Origin: Candidatus Saccharimonadota bacterium
GTDB lineage: Bacteria; Patescibacteriota; Saccharimonadia; Saccharimonadales; UBA4665
DNA: 32,000 nucleotides
Assembly: GCA_963718045.1 (NCBI GenBank)
Contig: OY970350.1
Span: 270,001 to 302,000, forward strand
Direction of reading: 5' to 3'
Shown here: positions 1 through 7,797 of the stretch, one piece after another
How the letters are laid out: each line of letters opens with the position of its first letter
Numbering within the stretch: position 1 is the first letter of the stretch
Notes under the pieces: generated by a model
Seen by the model: only the letters and a program-made list of their open reading frames with translations
Told to the model about the DNA's origin: nothing
Database searches by the model: none
Program-made: the position numbers and the translations under genes

Positions 1-167
1 CAAGAGACTGATACGTTGTTTGTGTCGACACAATTTACGGTGTTGGTTGATCCTGCACCAGTGCCTGAAATGCTGCCGTTGCAGGTAACAGATGATGCGC
101 TGGCGACTCCCGACATCAGTCCTATCCCAATTATTGATGATGCCAACGTTAATAATAGTTTTCGCAT
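1..167 (-). CDS. Secreted protein, 5' part only (gene runs off the left edge of the window)
   Basis: Below the ORF-track length cut-off. The reverse strand has SD TAAGGAGGG (176-184) 8 nt before ATG at 167. The translation MRKLLLTLASSIIGIGLMSGVASA-SSVTCNGSISGTGAGSTNTVNCVDTNNVSVS is a textbook Sec signal peptide and stays open to position 1. It explains the region better than the + ORF 16..300. Confidence 0.6.
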   Translation of the reverse strand, partial: MRKLLLTLASSIIGIGLMSGVASASSVTCNGSISGTGAGSTNTVNCVDTNNVSVS

Positions 168-316
168 AGTATATTCCCTCCTTAGTAATTGTTTATCAGG
201 ATATATATACAATAAACTTGGTAAGAAAACAGTAATATATTGTACTAAAAGCTTTATGAAGAGATTTCTGCCTGGACGTCAATTATTGTCAGAACATTAA
301 CCTTTATTCTAATTGC

Positions 317-889
317 CTAAGGGGTAAACATAGAAAATAAGATAGGTGGCGAAACCAAGGGGCTGCACTTGCCCAGACTGTTTAAATAATTAGAATACAG
401 AAGCTGAACTTGAGAGTTATAGGCGGCAAAAATATTGTTAAGCTGTTCGTCGAACGCTAGATAAGGTTCACCGCTAATTTCGCTGTTATTACGAATACTG
501 TCGGCAGATTGATTGGTATTGGCTAGATCTTGAAACAAGGATTTGTTATAGGCAGCGGTCAATGCGGGGACTTTCTGACAACTGGACGTTTGGTCTGACG
601 CAGCAGATGTTTTAGGGGGACTAATTGTCGTTCTTGAAGGCTGAGATATAGCAATGTACTGGTTTTGGTTATAACTATTTAGACAATCTTTAGAACTCAA
701 AAGACAAGTATTTTTAGAAAGAGCTGAATTCCTACCAGATATCTGTTCGTTATGAGTCGTAGTAGTAGGTTCAAGATCGATAGCCGTTCCTAAAGCTGCC
801 ATTATTAAAGTAGCTGCAAGAACTATTCTGAATAATTGCGGCAAGGGCTGTAGTTTTACAAATAGTCTGGGTTCCGTTCTCTTTGGCAT
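317..889 (-). CDS. Hypothetical membrane-anchored or secreted protein, S/T/N/Q-rich
   Basis: 190-aa ORF. SD GGAGGT (899-904) lies 9 nt upstream of the ATG. Basic N-terminus followed by a hydrophobic helix (FRIVLAATLIMAALGTAI), then a polar low-complexity remainder. No family recognised. Confidence 0.5.
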   Translation of the reverse strand: MPKRTEPRLFVKLQPLPQLFRIVLAATLIMAALGTAIDLEPTTTTHNEQISGRNSALSKNTCLLSSKDCLNSYNQNQYIAISQPSRTTISPPKTSAASDQTSSCQKVPALTAAYNKSLFQDLANTNQSADSIRNNSEISGEPYLAFDEQLNNIFAAYNSQVQLLYSNYLNSLGKCSPLVSPPILFSMFTP

Positions 890-990
890 ATAGACGATAC
901 CTCCGAAAGATACATCTTAAAAGACTATGTCACAACTATGACTTAACATCAATAATATATCTTAGTAAATATAATAGTCGGCATTCTTTG

Positions 991-999
991 TGATACACT
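991..999 (+). promoter_or_regulatory. Candidate extended -10 promoter (TGaTACACT) for the metK leader
   Basis: TG-n-TACACT at 991-999 would place the transcription start about 10 nt before riboswitch helix P1. No good -35. By-eye call only. Confidence 0.3.
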
Positions 1000-1017
1000 G
1001 AACTTACTTAACAATTT

Positions 1018-1160
1018 AAATATAAAGAGTGCAGTGAGAGATCTAGCTCTGTGACCTGCCAGCAACCCGTTATGATGGGTGCTCCATCTAGTCCGCCATC
1101 GACGGAAAAGATATTTTGATATTTATCCTTTCTGAAGAGAACTGGCAGAAAGGATTTTTA
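1018..1160 (+). promoter_or_regulatory. SAM riboswitch (SAM-I clan / S-box) with terminator-antiterminator expression platform
   Basis: P1 AAAUAU 1018-1023 pairs with AUAUUU 1111-1116. Conserved AAGAG junction at 1025-1029. P2 is 1032-1034/1056-1058 plus 1037-1040/1047-1050, with a GA-rich internal loop. P3 is AGCAACCC...GGGUGCU (1061-1068/1077-1083), matching the GCAACC...GGUGC core. P2-loop CUAG (1043-1046) can pair with CUAG 1088-1091 as a pseudoknot. P4 is 1092-1095/1103-1106. An AAAGA junction precedes the 3' strand of P1. It sits directly upstream of metK. Confidence 0.8.
1125..1159 (+). terminator. Intrinsic terminator hairpin of the SAM riboswitch; it also sequesters the metK SD-like AAAGGA
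   Basis: 10-bp stem ATCCTTTCTG (1125-1134) / CAGAAAGGAT (1146-1155), 11-nt loop, T-run 1155-1159, ATG at 1163. The alternative antiterminator 1105-1113 / 1124-1132 pairs at 8 of 9 positions and uses the 3' strand of P1. Confidence 0.7.
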
Positions 1161-1162
1161 AT

Positions 1163-2131
1163 ATGAACCTAAGAACGGCTGAGTCGGTATCACCTAAACA
1201 TCCGGATAAAATATGCGACCAGATATCCGACAGTATTCTAGACGCGGCACTTAAAGTCGACCCTAGCTCTAGAGTTGCCATGGAAACAGTCGGCGGCCAT
1301 AAGCTGGTGGTGCTAATTGGCGAGGTTACATCAAAAGCCAAAATAGACTACGAAAAGATAGCCAGAAGATTTGTTGATGAGAGCTACAAGGTCATAGTTC
1401 GCATTGTTCATCAGAGCCCAGAGATTGCCAGCGGTATCGATACTGGTGGTGCTGGCGATCAAGGTATTATGGTTGGTTATGCCACAAATGAAACTGAAAA
1501 CCTCATGCCCTTAGAAGTTGATTTAAGCCGGTCGTTAAACCGTTTTATATATGATAAATTCCCTTATGACGGCAAAACTCAGATAACTACTTCTGACGGT
1601 AAAATAACGGCCATTGTTGCTAGCTTTCAGAATGCTAAAAAAGCCGAGCTTAAGGACATGATTAATGCCTGGGTTAATACCCAGCCGCATAGCTCCAAGG
1701 TTAATATATTCGCTAACCCAGCCGGAGATTGGGATATGGGTGGTTTTGATGCTGACAGCGGGTTAACCGGCCGAAAGATTGCTATAGACAGCTACGGTCC
1801 GCGTATACCTATTGGCGGCGGAGCATTCAGCGGCAAGGATGCCACTAAAGTTGATCGCTCGGCTGCCTATATGGCCCGTAAAATAGCTGTCGATTATTTA
1901 AAGAAGAATAATGCTCACGAAGTATATTGCCAGCTGGCTTATGCCATAGGCGTAATTGAGCCTGTAGAAGCAGTTGTAACTGTTGACGGTAAAGAGAGAA
2001 ATGTTAAGGGCTATGACCTTTCGCCTCACGGGATAATAAAGTTTTTGGAGCTAAATAAGCCTCAATTTGAAGTTACCGCCCAATACGGGCATTTTGGCAA
2101 CTCTTTTCTTTGGGATAGGCAGAGCTCCTAG
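1163..2131 (+). CDS. metK: S-adenosylmethionine synthetase (compact 322-aa form)
   Basis: Motifs SPKHPDKICDQISD, GAGDQG, GGGAFSGKDATKVDRSAAY and a YGHFG C-terminal block. Preceded by a SAM riboswitch. Confidence 0.9.
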   Translation: MNLRTAESVSPKHPDKICDQISDSILDAALKVDPSSRVAMETVGGHKLVVLIGEVTSKAKIDYEKIARRFVDESYKVIVRIVHQSPEIASGIDTGGAGDQGIMVGYATNETENLMPLEVDLSRSLNRFIYDKFPYDGKTQITTSDGKITAIVASFQNAKKAELKDMINAWVNTQPHSSKVNIFANPAGDWDMGGFDADSGLTGRKIAIDSYGPRIPIGGGAFSGKDATKVDRSAAYMARKIAVDYLKKNNAHEVYCQLAYAIGVIEPVEAVVTVDGKERNVKGYDLSPHGIIKFLELNKPQFEVTAQYGHFGNSFLWDRQSS

Positions 2132-2154
2132 TTACATATCTGAACAGGCTTGGC

Positions 2155-2892
2155 TCAGACGCTGACGAGCTCTTGAGCAGCACCGTAGTTACTTGTCAAG
2201 GCTACGGATAGTTTGCCTAAGTATGCGTGGTGGGGACCCGGCTGATCAATAATGCAAAGAGGGGTTTCATCTAAATTATCTAAACTGCTAGGGACAAGAA
2301 CATTACCTGAGTGGAGGGGTTCCCTTTTTTCAAGACCGAGGTCGTTTAGGCCGAGCCGAAGCCACGGGTCACGAACTGTAGTTAGTATGCGTCCTTTCAC
2401 AGTTCCATTAATATCTCTTTCCTGCTCTCTAAGGTTTTGGTTAGCAACAAACGATGCCAACGAAATCCACCCTTCCATTTGCTCCTCAACCCGAAGATGG
2501 CTTCCATATGGGGTGAGGAAGGCTAAATATTGATCTGGTGTAGTAATCGACCTGTCGGTTTCCGACATTAAGTACCGTCCGAGTGTAACCAGAAAACGAA
2601 ACTGGTCGATAAGATTTTCATGCTTAAATGGCCCCGACATGCCAGTTTTTCTGCCCGTAGCTGGAGAAGATATTTTTATTGCAGCCCCAGCCAGGCTTCT
2701 GACTTCGGAATATATACCTGAACCAATATAGTTGCTATGCTCTCTTAGAACGATTTCTGGAGCACTATTTCGGCACAGTTGGTCTGCCAACTCAATGAAT
2801 GAAGGATTTTCTTCAAGCCATGCTTCTCCCTTTTCGGAGCATACAAGAGCTCGAGCCCTAGCACTTTTTAGCTTATAAAGCTCACCTGCCAT
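2155..2892 (-). CDS. Hypothetical protein with a degenerate protein-kinase/RIO/APH-like motif series
   Basis: Gly-loop-like YIGSGIYSEV, then AAIKI (VAIK-like Lys), then LHSGNVLV (catalytic-loop Asn present, but Pro where the catalytic Asp is expected), then IIDQPG (DFG / RIO IDxxQ-like). The order and spacing fit a small kinase fold. Confidence 0.35.
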   Translation of the reverse strand: MAGELYKLKSARARALVCSEKGEAWLEENPSFIELADQLCRNSAPEIVLREHSNYIGSGIYSEVRSLAGAAIKISSPATGRKTGMSGPFKHENLIDQFRFLVTLGRYLMSETDRSITTPDQYLAFLTPYGSHLRVEEQMEGWISLASFVANQNLREQERDINGTVKGRILTTVRDPWLRLGLNDLGLEKREPLHSGNVLVPSSLDNLDETPLCIIDQPGPHHAYLGKLSVALTSNYGAAQELVSV

Positions 2893-3051
2893 AATAAAAC
2901 TGCCTGTCTTTAAGAATTATCTATCTGTGACGGCTAAACTATTACACAATATTGAAATAAAAGCAAATAACCATGCTTGCACTTTGACAGTATATTGCCT
3001 ACTATTGAGATTGCTAAAGGAGGTAAGAGCGCTACCGCTTTTAAAGTAACT

Positions 3052-4497
3052 ATGCAGTTTTTAAATGGACAACAACCCTCGTATGACCTTACCTTCAGAG
3101 ATGTTTTTATAACTCCTAATTTAAGCAATCTTGAGTCACGTTTTGATATCTCCATAAAACCAGTCGATAACCTAGGCATGACCATTCCTATAGTAGTAGC
3201 CAACATGAATGCTGTAGCCGGTAAACGGATGTCAGAAACTGTGGCACGGCGCGGCGGTCTGACTGTCTTGCCGCAGGATATGTCCCTGGATTTGGTGGCT
3301 AAGATCGTGTCCTATATTAAAGAGCGGCATCCGGTTTATGAAACTCCTGTTCTGCTTCATCCGTCAGACACCATAATGGATGCGATGAATATTATGTTTA
3401 AACGGGCCCATGGACTGGCGGTCATAGTAAATGATAAAAATGAACCAGTCGGTATATTCAGCGATGAGGACGGTGCGGGATACGATCGGTTTACAGAGCT
3501 TGCTTACGTTATGACGCAAAATCCGGTAACCGTTCCCTACGGCACGCCTCCAGCCGAGATATTTAACATTTTACATAAATCACATGTCACCATTGCCCCC
3601 GTCGTTAAGAACGGTAAGATAGCCGGCATTGTTAGCCAAAAGGGGCTGCTAAGGTCAGAAATATACGCACCTGCCTTAAATAAGAAAGGTAAACTACTAA
3701 CTGCTGTCGCAATCGGCATTAACGGTAATCCTAAAGAAAAAGCGGAACGTTTACTCAAGATGGGCGTTGACGTTCTTGTTATCGATACGGCTCATGGCTA
3801 TCAAGAAAAGACGATTAAAGCCATCAAAGCAGTTCGTTCCTTGTCATACGATGTACCCATAGTATCTGGCAATGTCGTGACTGCCGAAGCCACCCGTGAA
3901 CTTATTAAGGCCGGAGCCAATATAGTTAAGGTTGGTGTAGGCCCAGGAGCTATGTGTACCACTCGTATTATGACGGCTGTTGGACGTCCGCAGTTTAGCG
4001 CCGTGCTGGAGTGCGCCACGGCGGCTCGAGAACTTGGTGCTAACGTCTGGGCTGACGGTGGTGTTCGTTACCCCCGCGACGTGGTTCTAGCTTTGGCTGC
4101 AGGAGCAAGCAGCGTTATGGTCGGCACTATACTAGCTGCTACTTATGAGAGCGTAGGAGACACCCTGATTGATGAAGCAGGCCGCCTCTACAAAGAAAGT
4201 TTTGGTATGGCCAGCCGCCGAGCTGTTAAAGCTAGGATCAAGAATATACCGTTATTTGAACAAATGAAGAAAGAATTCTTCGAAGAAGGTATTAGTACCA
4301 GCAAATTATATATAAACGAAGAGCGGCCTGGTGCCGAAGATGTACTTGATTACATCGTAGCCGGCCTAAGGAGCGCAATTGCCTATAGCGGAGCCACTGA
4401 TCTAGACACTTTCTATGAGAAGGTGGTAGTCGGTATTCAGTCCCCGGCTGGCTTTGATGAAGGTAAACCGGTCGATAGCTCATGGGAAAGAACATGA
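3052..4497 (+). CDS. guaB1: IMP dehydrogenase-related protein, GuaB1 type (CBS-containing, probable GMP reductase)
   Basis: The N-terminus MQFLNGQQPSYDLTFRDVFITP, plus PIVVANMNAVAGKRMSETVARRGG and YKESFGMASRRAV...FEEGISTS, match my recollection of the actinobacterial GuaB1 subfamily. Cys loop GVGPGAMCTTR. CBS-pair-length insert. The start is moved from ORF-track TTG 2977 to ATG 3052. Confidence 0.8.
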   Translation: MQFLNGQQPSYDLTFRDVFITPNLSNLESRFDISIKPVDNLGMTIPIVVANMNAVAGKRMSETVARRGGLTVLPQDMSLDLVAKIVSYIKERHPVYETPVLLHPSDTIMDAMNIMFKRAHGLAVIVNDKNEPVGIFSDEDGAGYDRFTELAYVMTQNPVTVPYGTPPAEIFNILHKSHVTIAPVVKNGKIAGIVSQKGLLRSEIYAPALNKKGKLLTAVAIGINGNPKEKAERLLKMGVDVLVIDTAHGYQEKTIKAIKAVRSLSYDVPIVSGNVVTAEATRELIKAGANIVKVGVGPGAMCTTRIMTAVGRPQFSAVLECATAARELGANVWADGGVRYPRDVVLALAAGASSVMVGTILAATYESVGDTLIDEAGRLYKESFGMASRRAVKARIKNIPLFEQMKKEFFEEGISTSKLYINEERPGAEDVLDYIVAGLRSAIAYSGATDLDTFYEKVVVGIQSPAGFDEGKPVDSSWERT

Positions 4498-4502
4498 TAT
4501 TT

Positions 4503-5423
4503 CTATTGGGCTAAATTCCTATGCCTGTAGGCAATAAAACCGCCAGGTAACATTGGCAGCCAAAATGATATAAACCTATATAAAATTGTTGCTGCCACAG
4601 CATGAGTAACATTTAAACCGGAACTAGTTAGACCTAGTACTAAGGCAGCTTCAATGCCGCCTATGCCTCCCGGAGTTGGCATCATACCCCCCACTGTTGA
4701 TGCGACTATGTAAACGGCAATTGCATCCGTGAAACTAATGCCTGAACTAACCCCGAGTACTGAAACAAAGAGGGTTAAGCTAGAAAATAACGTGATTAAT
4801 AGTGAACCAATGAATAATGAAAGTATGGCGCGAACATTTCGGATACTTCTTAATGCTTTCTTCCCTTCCTGAAAAAAATCTCTGATCTTATTTCTATAGA
4901 AAATTAAGCCGAGTACGATAAGTAGAACAAGTAAAATAAAACCAACGAGGATCCATTTCTTATCAGGAGAGTTATGCATATAACTGATTATGTGTGTTAT
5001 TGCTGCCGGCGATATTACTACAAGCAATAAGCATGAAGTGATAAAACCAAATATGATTGGTAGTGTAGCGATAGTTAATGCAGTTGGTGATTTATCCCCC
5101 AGTTTCTTATAGTAAGCAGTAAGCAGACCCATACTGCCCAAATTTAAGGGAAATATCGAGTTAAGAAAATTCCCCTCCACTTCAATGGTAAATATTTTTT
5201 TAATTTTGCCGATAAAATTACCTGCCGAAAATTGGGTAAAACTAGCTGCCATAAAAACTAGTAACGTTAACACCAGGCCTAGTAAAATCCACCAATAGTC
5301 GGTGTGTTCAATAATTGCGAAAGTACCTTTTAATTGCTTAATTTGGGGAAGCAGAAAATAAAGTCCAACTAATCCGGCAACTAGAATTATAATTTGCCAA
5401 CGTTTAGCTTTTATATTCTTCAT
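4503..5423 (-). CDS. Polytopic membrane protein, LPG-synthase-TM / UPF0104 (flippase-like) family
   Basis: 306 aa with about 8 hydrophobic helices. The C-terminal MPTPGGIGGIEAAL motif is characteristic of this family. Confidence 0.6.
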   Translation of the reverse strand: MKNIKAKRWQIIILVAGLVGLYFLLPQIKQLKGTFAIIEHTDYWWILLGLVLTLLVFMAASFTQFSAGNFIGKIKKIFTIEVEGNFLNSIFPLNLGSMGLLTAYYKKLGDKSPTALTIATLPIIFGFITSCLLLVVISPAAITHIISYMHNSPDKKWILVGFILLVLLIVLGLIFYRNKIRDFFQEGKKALRSIRNVRAILSLFIGSLLITLFSSLTLFVSVLGVSSGISFTDAIAVYIVASTVGGMMPTPGGIGGIEAALVLGLTSSGLNVTHAVAATILYRFISFWLPMLPGGFIAYRHRNLAQ

Positions 5424-5546
5424 AACTAATCTGATTTTAACCCTTTAACGGTTTGTAATAAATAGGTACGGCTATTACAAATAGCAAACATATTTTAGTT
5501 TTTTCAACTGTAAGCACTACCGACACTATCGGCAAGTAGGAAAAGA

Positions 5547-5574
5547 TTAAGAGTATATAAACTTAGAGTAAAAT
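5547..5574 (+). promoter_or_regulatory. Candidate sigma70-type promoter (TTAAGA-16 nt-TAAAAT)
   Basis: -35 at 5547-5552 and -10 at 5569-5574, about 38 nt before ATG 5613, which has SD AAGGAG. Confidence 0.3.
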
Positions 5575-5612
5575 ATATGCTATTAAGTCAAGATTAATCT
5601 AAGGAGATTTAA

Positions 5613-6077
5613 ATGAAAAAACCAGCCTATGGTTATACAAAAAGCGGCCAACCTGTCCATGCAAGAACAATTGACCACCACCGAGTAGATAATAGTTATC
5701 AGAGATTTAATAAGTGGGCGGCTATCTGGGTAACTAAGAATGTCGGTACTATGACGGCTTTTTGGGTGTTCACGGTTCTAGCAATGTTTGTCGTACCTTC
5801 CTGTCTCTACGCCGCTGGCTATATTCATACCAAAATATTTATTGCCACCTTTGGGTTTAATCTTCTAGCAACCTTAATTCTATCTACCTGGTTAGAGTTA
5901 GCATTAATGCCAGCAATTATGGTCGGCCAAAATCTCCAATCAGCAGCTGCTGACGCTCGAGCCGAAAAACAGTTTGATGACACCGAAATTATTGCTGACA
6001 GGCTTAATACCAGTACAAAAGGCGGTATAACAGTTATTCTTGATAAGCTCAATGAAATGGACAAGAAACTCAAATAG
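5613..6077 (+). CDS. Small two-TM membrane protein, DUF1003-like
   Basis: Strong SD (TAAGGAG) 7 nt upstream. Two TM helices are followed by MPAIMVGQNLQSAAADARAEKQFDDTEII, which resembles the DUF1003 QNRQ...D...AE block, then a coiled C-terminus. Confidence 0.45.
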   Translation: MKKPAYGYTKSGQPVHARTIDHHRVDNSYQRFNKWAAIWVTKNVGTMTAFWVFTVLAMFVVPSCLYAAGYIHTKIFIATFGFNLLATLILSTWLELALMPAIMVGQNLQSAAADARAEKQFDDTEIIADRLNTSTKGGITVILDKLNEMDKKLK

Positions 6078-6218
6078 TTTCTCATGCTTATAAGCCGTAT
6101 CACATTCACATTCTGACTGTGAGAATAATGCCCAGGAAACAAAAAATCTAACAGTTGCTTACACTTATGCTTGTAGAAGTTGAATTATAACTACTGGCGT
6201 TACCGCTAGCGGCTGAGT

Positions 6219-6247
6219 TTGAGTTAGTAGCTAAAATATTGTATAGT
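6219..6247 (+). promoter_or_regulatory. Candidate promoter TTGAGT-17 nt-TATAGT giving a leaderless transcript
   Basis: -35 at 6219-6224 and -10 at 6242-6247. The ATG at 6254 begins 6 nt after the -10. No SD. Confidence 0.4.
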
Positions 6248-6253
6248 ATCCTT

Positions 6254-6904
6254 ATGAGTGAACCTGCAGCTAGGCCGGAAGTGTTATTCGATATTCGTAA
6301 GCGGTCGCCGAGATGGTTAGACTTCGCTACTGTCAGTAGCGTGGCTCTTGGCCTGACCGAAGCATTTGTTGGCAGGATTGGCAATAGTAATGTGTTGCTC
6401 GCCAATGCTTTTGAGACACTAGACAACACTACCTATGGTTTGGATTCTCTGGCGGCAAGGAGTGAGCAGGATAGGCGCAGGAATCATAGGTTACGAAGGT
6501 TTGCCGGCTCGATTATTTGTGCAGCTTCACTATATGTGGCGGCTAATTCTACTTATGATTTAGTGAACCATGAAACACCAGAAATAGGGTCAGAATTCGC
6601 TATCTTAACAGGAGCTGCTGTAGCACTTAATGGTTCCTATGCATTAGGTTTACGAAAATATTCACAGCGAGGAACAACACATCGAGACGCTTTCAGGCAT
6701 GCCGTAGCTGATACTGCAAGCTCAGTAATAGCTACAGGTGCAATAATCGCAAGTGCACATGGCTACCCCGGAGTAGATGCCTGGACGGGTATAGGCTTAA
6801 GCGCGTGGACAATTGCCATGACCTTTCCAACCAATAATCGTATAACCAGTGCAGACACATTATTTGTTAACGATTATTCAGCCAGCCAGAACAAAAACAC
6901 TTAA
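6254..6904 (+). CDS. Membrane protein resembling a cation-diffusion-facilitator transmembrane domain without the cytoplasmic domain
   Basis: LLANAFETLDN aligns with the CDF TM2 motif (aLlaDafHxlxD). FRHAVADTASSVIA aligns with the TM5 HxxxD motif. About 6 hydrophobic segments. The protein ends right after the TMD. The start is set to ATG 6254 rather than TTG 6239. Confidence 0.4.
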   Translation: MSEPAARPEVLFDIRKRSPRWLDFATVSSVALGLTEAFVGRIGNSNVLLANAFETLDNTTYGLDSLAARSEQDRRRNHRLRRFAGSIICAASLYVAANSTYDLVNHETPEIGSEFAILTGAAVALNGSYALGLRKYSQRGTTHRDAFRHAVADTASSVIATGAIIASAHGYPGVDAWTGIGLSAWTIAMTFPTNNRITSADTLFVNDYSASQNKNT

Positions 6905-6919
6905 GCACATAAAAAAGTG

Positions 6920-6947
6920 AGCCTTGGCTTAGCTTTCTGGTCTTGAA
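6920..6947 (+). repeat. Direct repeat copy 1 (AGCCTTGGCTTAGCTTTCTGGTCTTGAA)
   Basis: Matches 8727-8753 with one 1-nt indel and 2 mismatches. The blocks TGGCTTAG and TTCTGGTCTTGAA are identical. Confidence 0.7.
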
Positions 6948-7239
6948 CTTTCAATGAGTATATCTTCTAGAATGGCCTTCAAAATTTGATCAAAGAGTTT
7001 TTCTTGCTTAATTCCTAGATAGCGTGAACAATTACTGGGTTTAGCTTCAACTTTATACTCGCGGCTCCCATTACCGGCTCTGTTGCGGGCAAAGTATTAC
7101 CGGTATGTTGTTGAGCTATCTAGGGAAATTGGGTTGGACAAGGGTCGGAGTTAGTCTGAAATTTTGCGGGAGTTTGTATATATATAAAAAATATATTGTA
7201 GTATAATACATTCACCTAAAATAGTAATGGAGAAACAGC

Positions 7240-7797
7240 ATGCCCGAGACCTACGAACAACAGGATACAAGCCCAAGTTTCAAACGAAAGGCAACCGTAT
7301 GGATTGTCGGCATAAGTGCTGTAGTCCTTGCGGGAGTTGGTAGTAGTGCATACGCCGAGTATTCGCAATCAGCGCAATCTGCTACCTCAGTGACGGCCAC
7401 ACCATTACCCACTGAAAACTGCACTAGCCTTGGGTCGACTTCGGGAGAAACCACCCCATCAACGAGCACTACGATTACAACTGAACCGGAAGCTGCCGCC
7501 ACAGGAAGCAGTCCAGTCTCAACCACCGTGCGGATAGTTATTGAGCCTGCAATCGGTCTACAGGTAAATGCCGAAGACGTACCTAATGCCTTCATTACTA
7601 ACTTTAAAACAGCTACGACGGAAATTGGCTGCAATGACTCCTACGAGGTCTATAACAGCGACAGTACCCAGAACGGACGTCCCGCGACGATCGGGGAAGT
7701 GGATAGTTTTCTAAGCCTCATGAATGAGCAGCCAAACCAATCAGTACTTGCTGAGGGCACGACGATCGGGGAATGGCATACGATATCACTTAAATAG
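7240..7797 (+). CDS. Hypothetical membrane-anchored secreted protein with an S/T-rich linker
   Basis: SD GGAG 8 nt upstream. TATAAT at 7202-7207. N-terminal TM anchor (VWIVGISAVVLAGVG), a T/S/P-rich spacer, then a roughly 90-aa globular C-terminus. No family recognised. Confidence 0.55.
   Translation: MPETYEQQDTSPSFKRKATVWIVGISAVVLAGVGSSAYAEYSQSAQSATSVTATPLPTENCTSLGSTSGETTPSTSTTITTEPEAAATGSSPVSTTVRIVIEPAIGLQVNAEDVPNAFITNFKTATTEIGCNDSYEVYNSDSTQNGRPATIGEVDSFLSLMNEQPNQSVLAEGTTIGEWHTISLK

Noticed and set aside
16-300. 94-aa + strand ORF from the track
   Set aside because: It has no SD and an implausible composition. It is antisense to a much better supported minus-strand start (SD TAAGGAGGG plus a signal peptide at 167 downward), and its 3' part runs through an AT-rich promoter-like region.
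2977-3051. TTG-initiated 25-codon N-terminal extension of the IMPDH-family gene
   Set aside because: Family members as I recall them begin at the M-x-F-L-x-G motif, which is ATG 3052 here. The extension would contain the promoter-like TTGACA and the orphan SD.
6924-6940. Sigma54-like TGGC...N...TTCTGG inside the direct repeat
   Set aside because: The spacing and the -12 element (GC) do not fit TGGCAC-N5-TTGC, and no sigma54-type context is apparent.
7047-7059. 13-nt exact repeat TCAACTTTATACT (also at 7978-7990)
   Set aside because: By rough estimate, several exact 13-mer pairs are expected by chance in 32 kb of AT-biased DNA. The flanks do not align.
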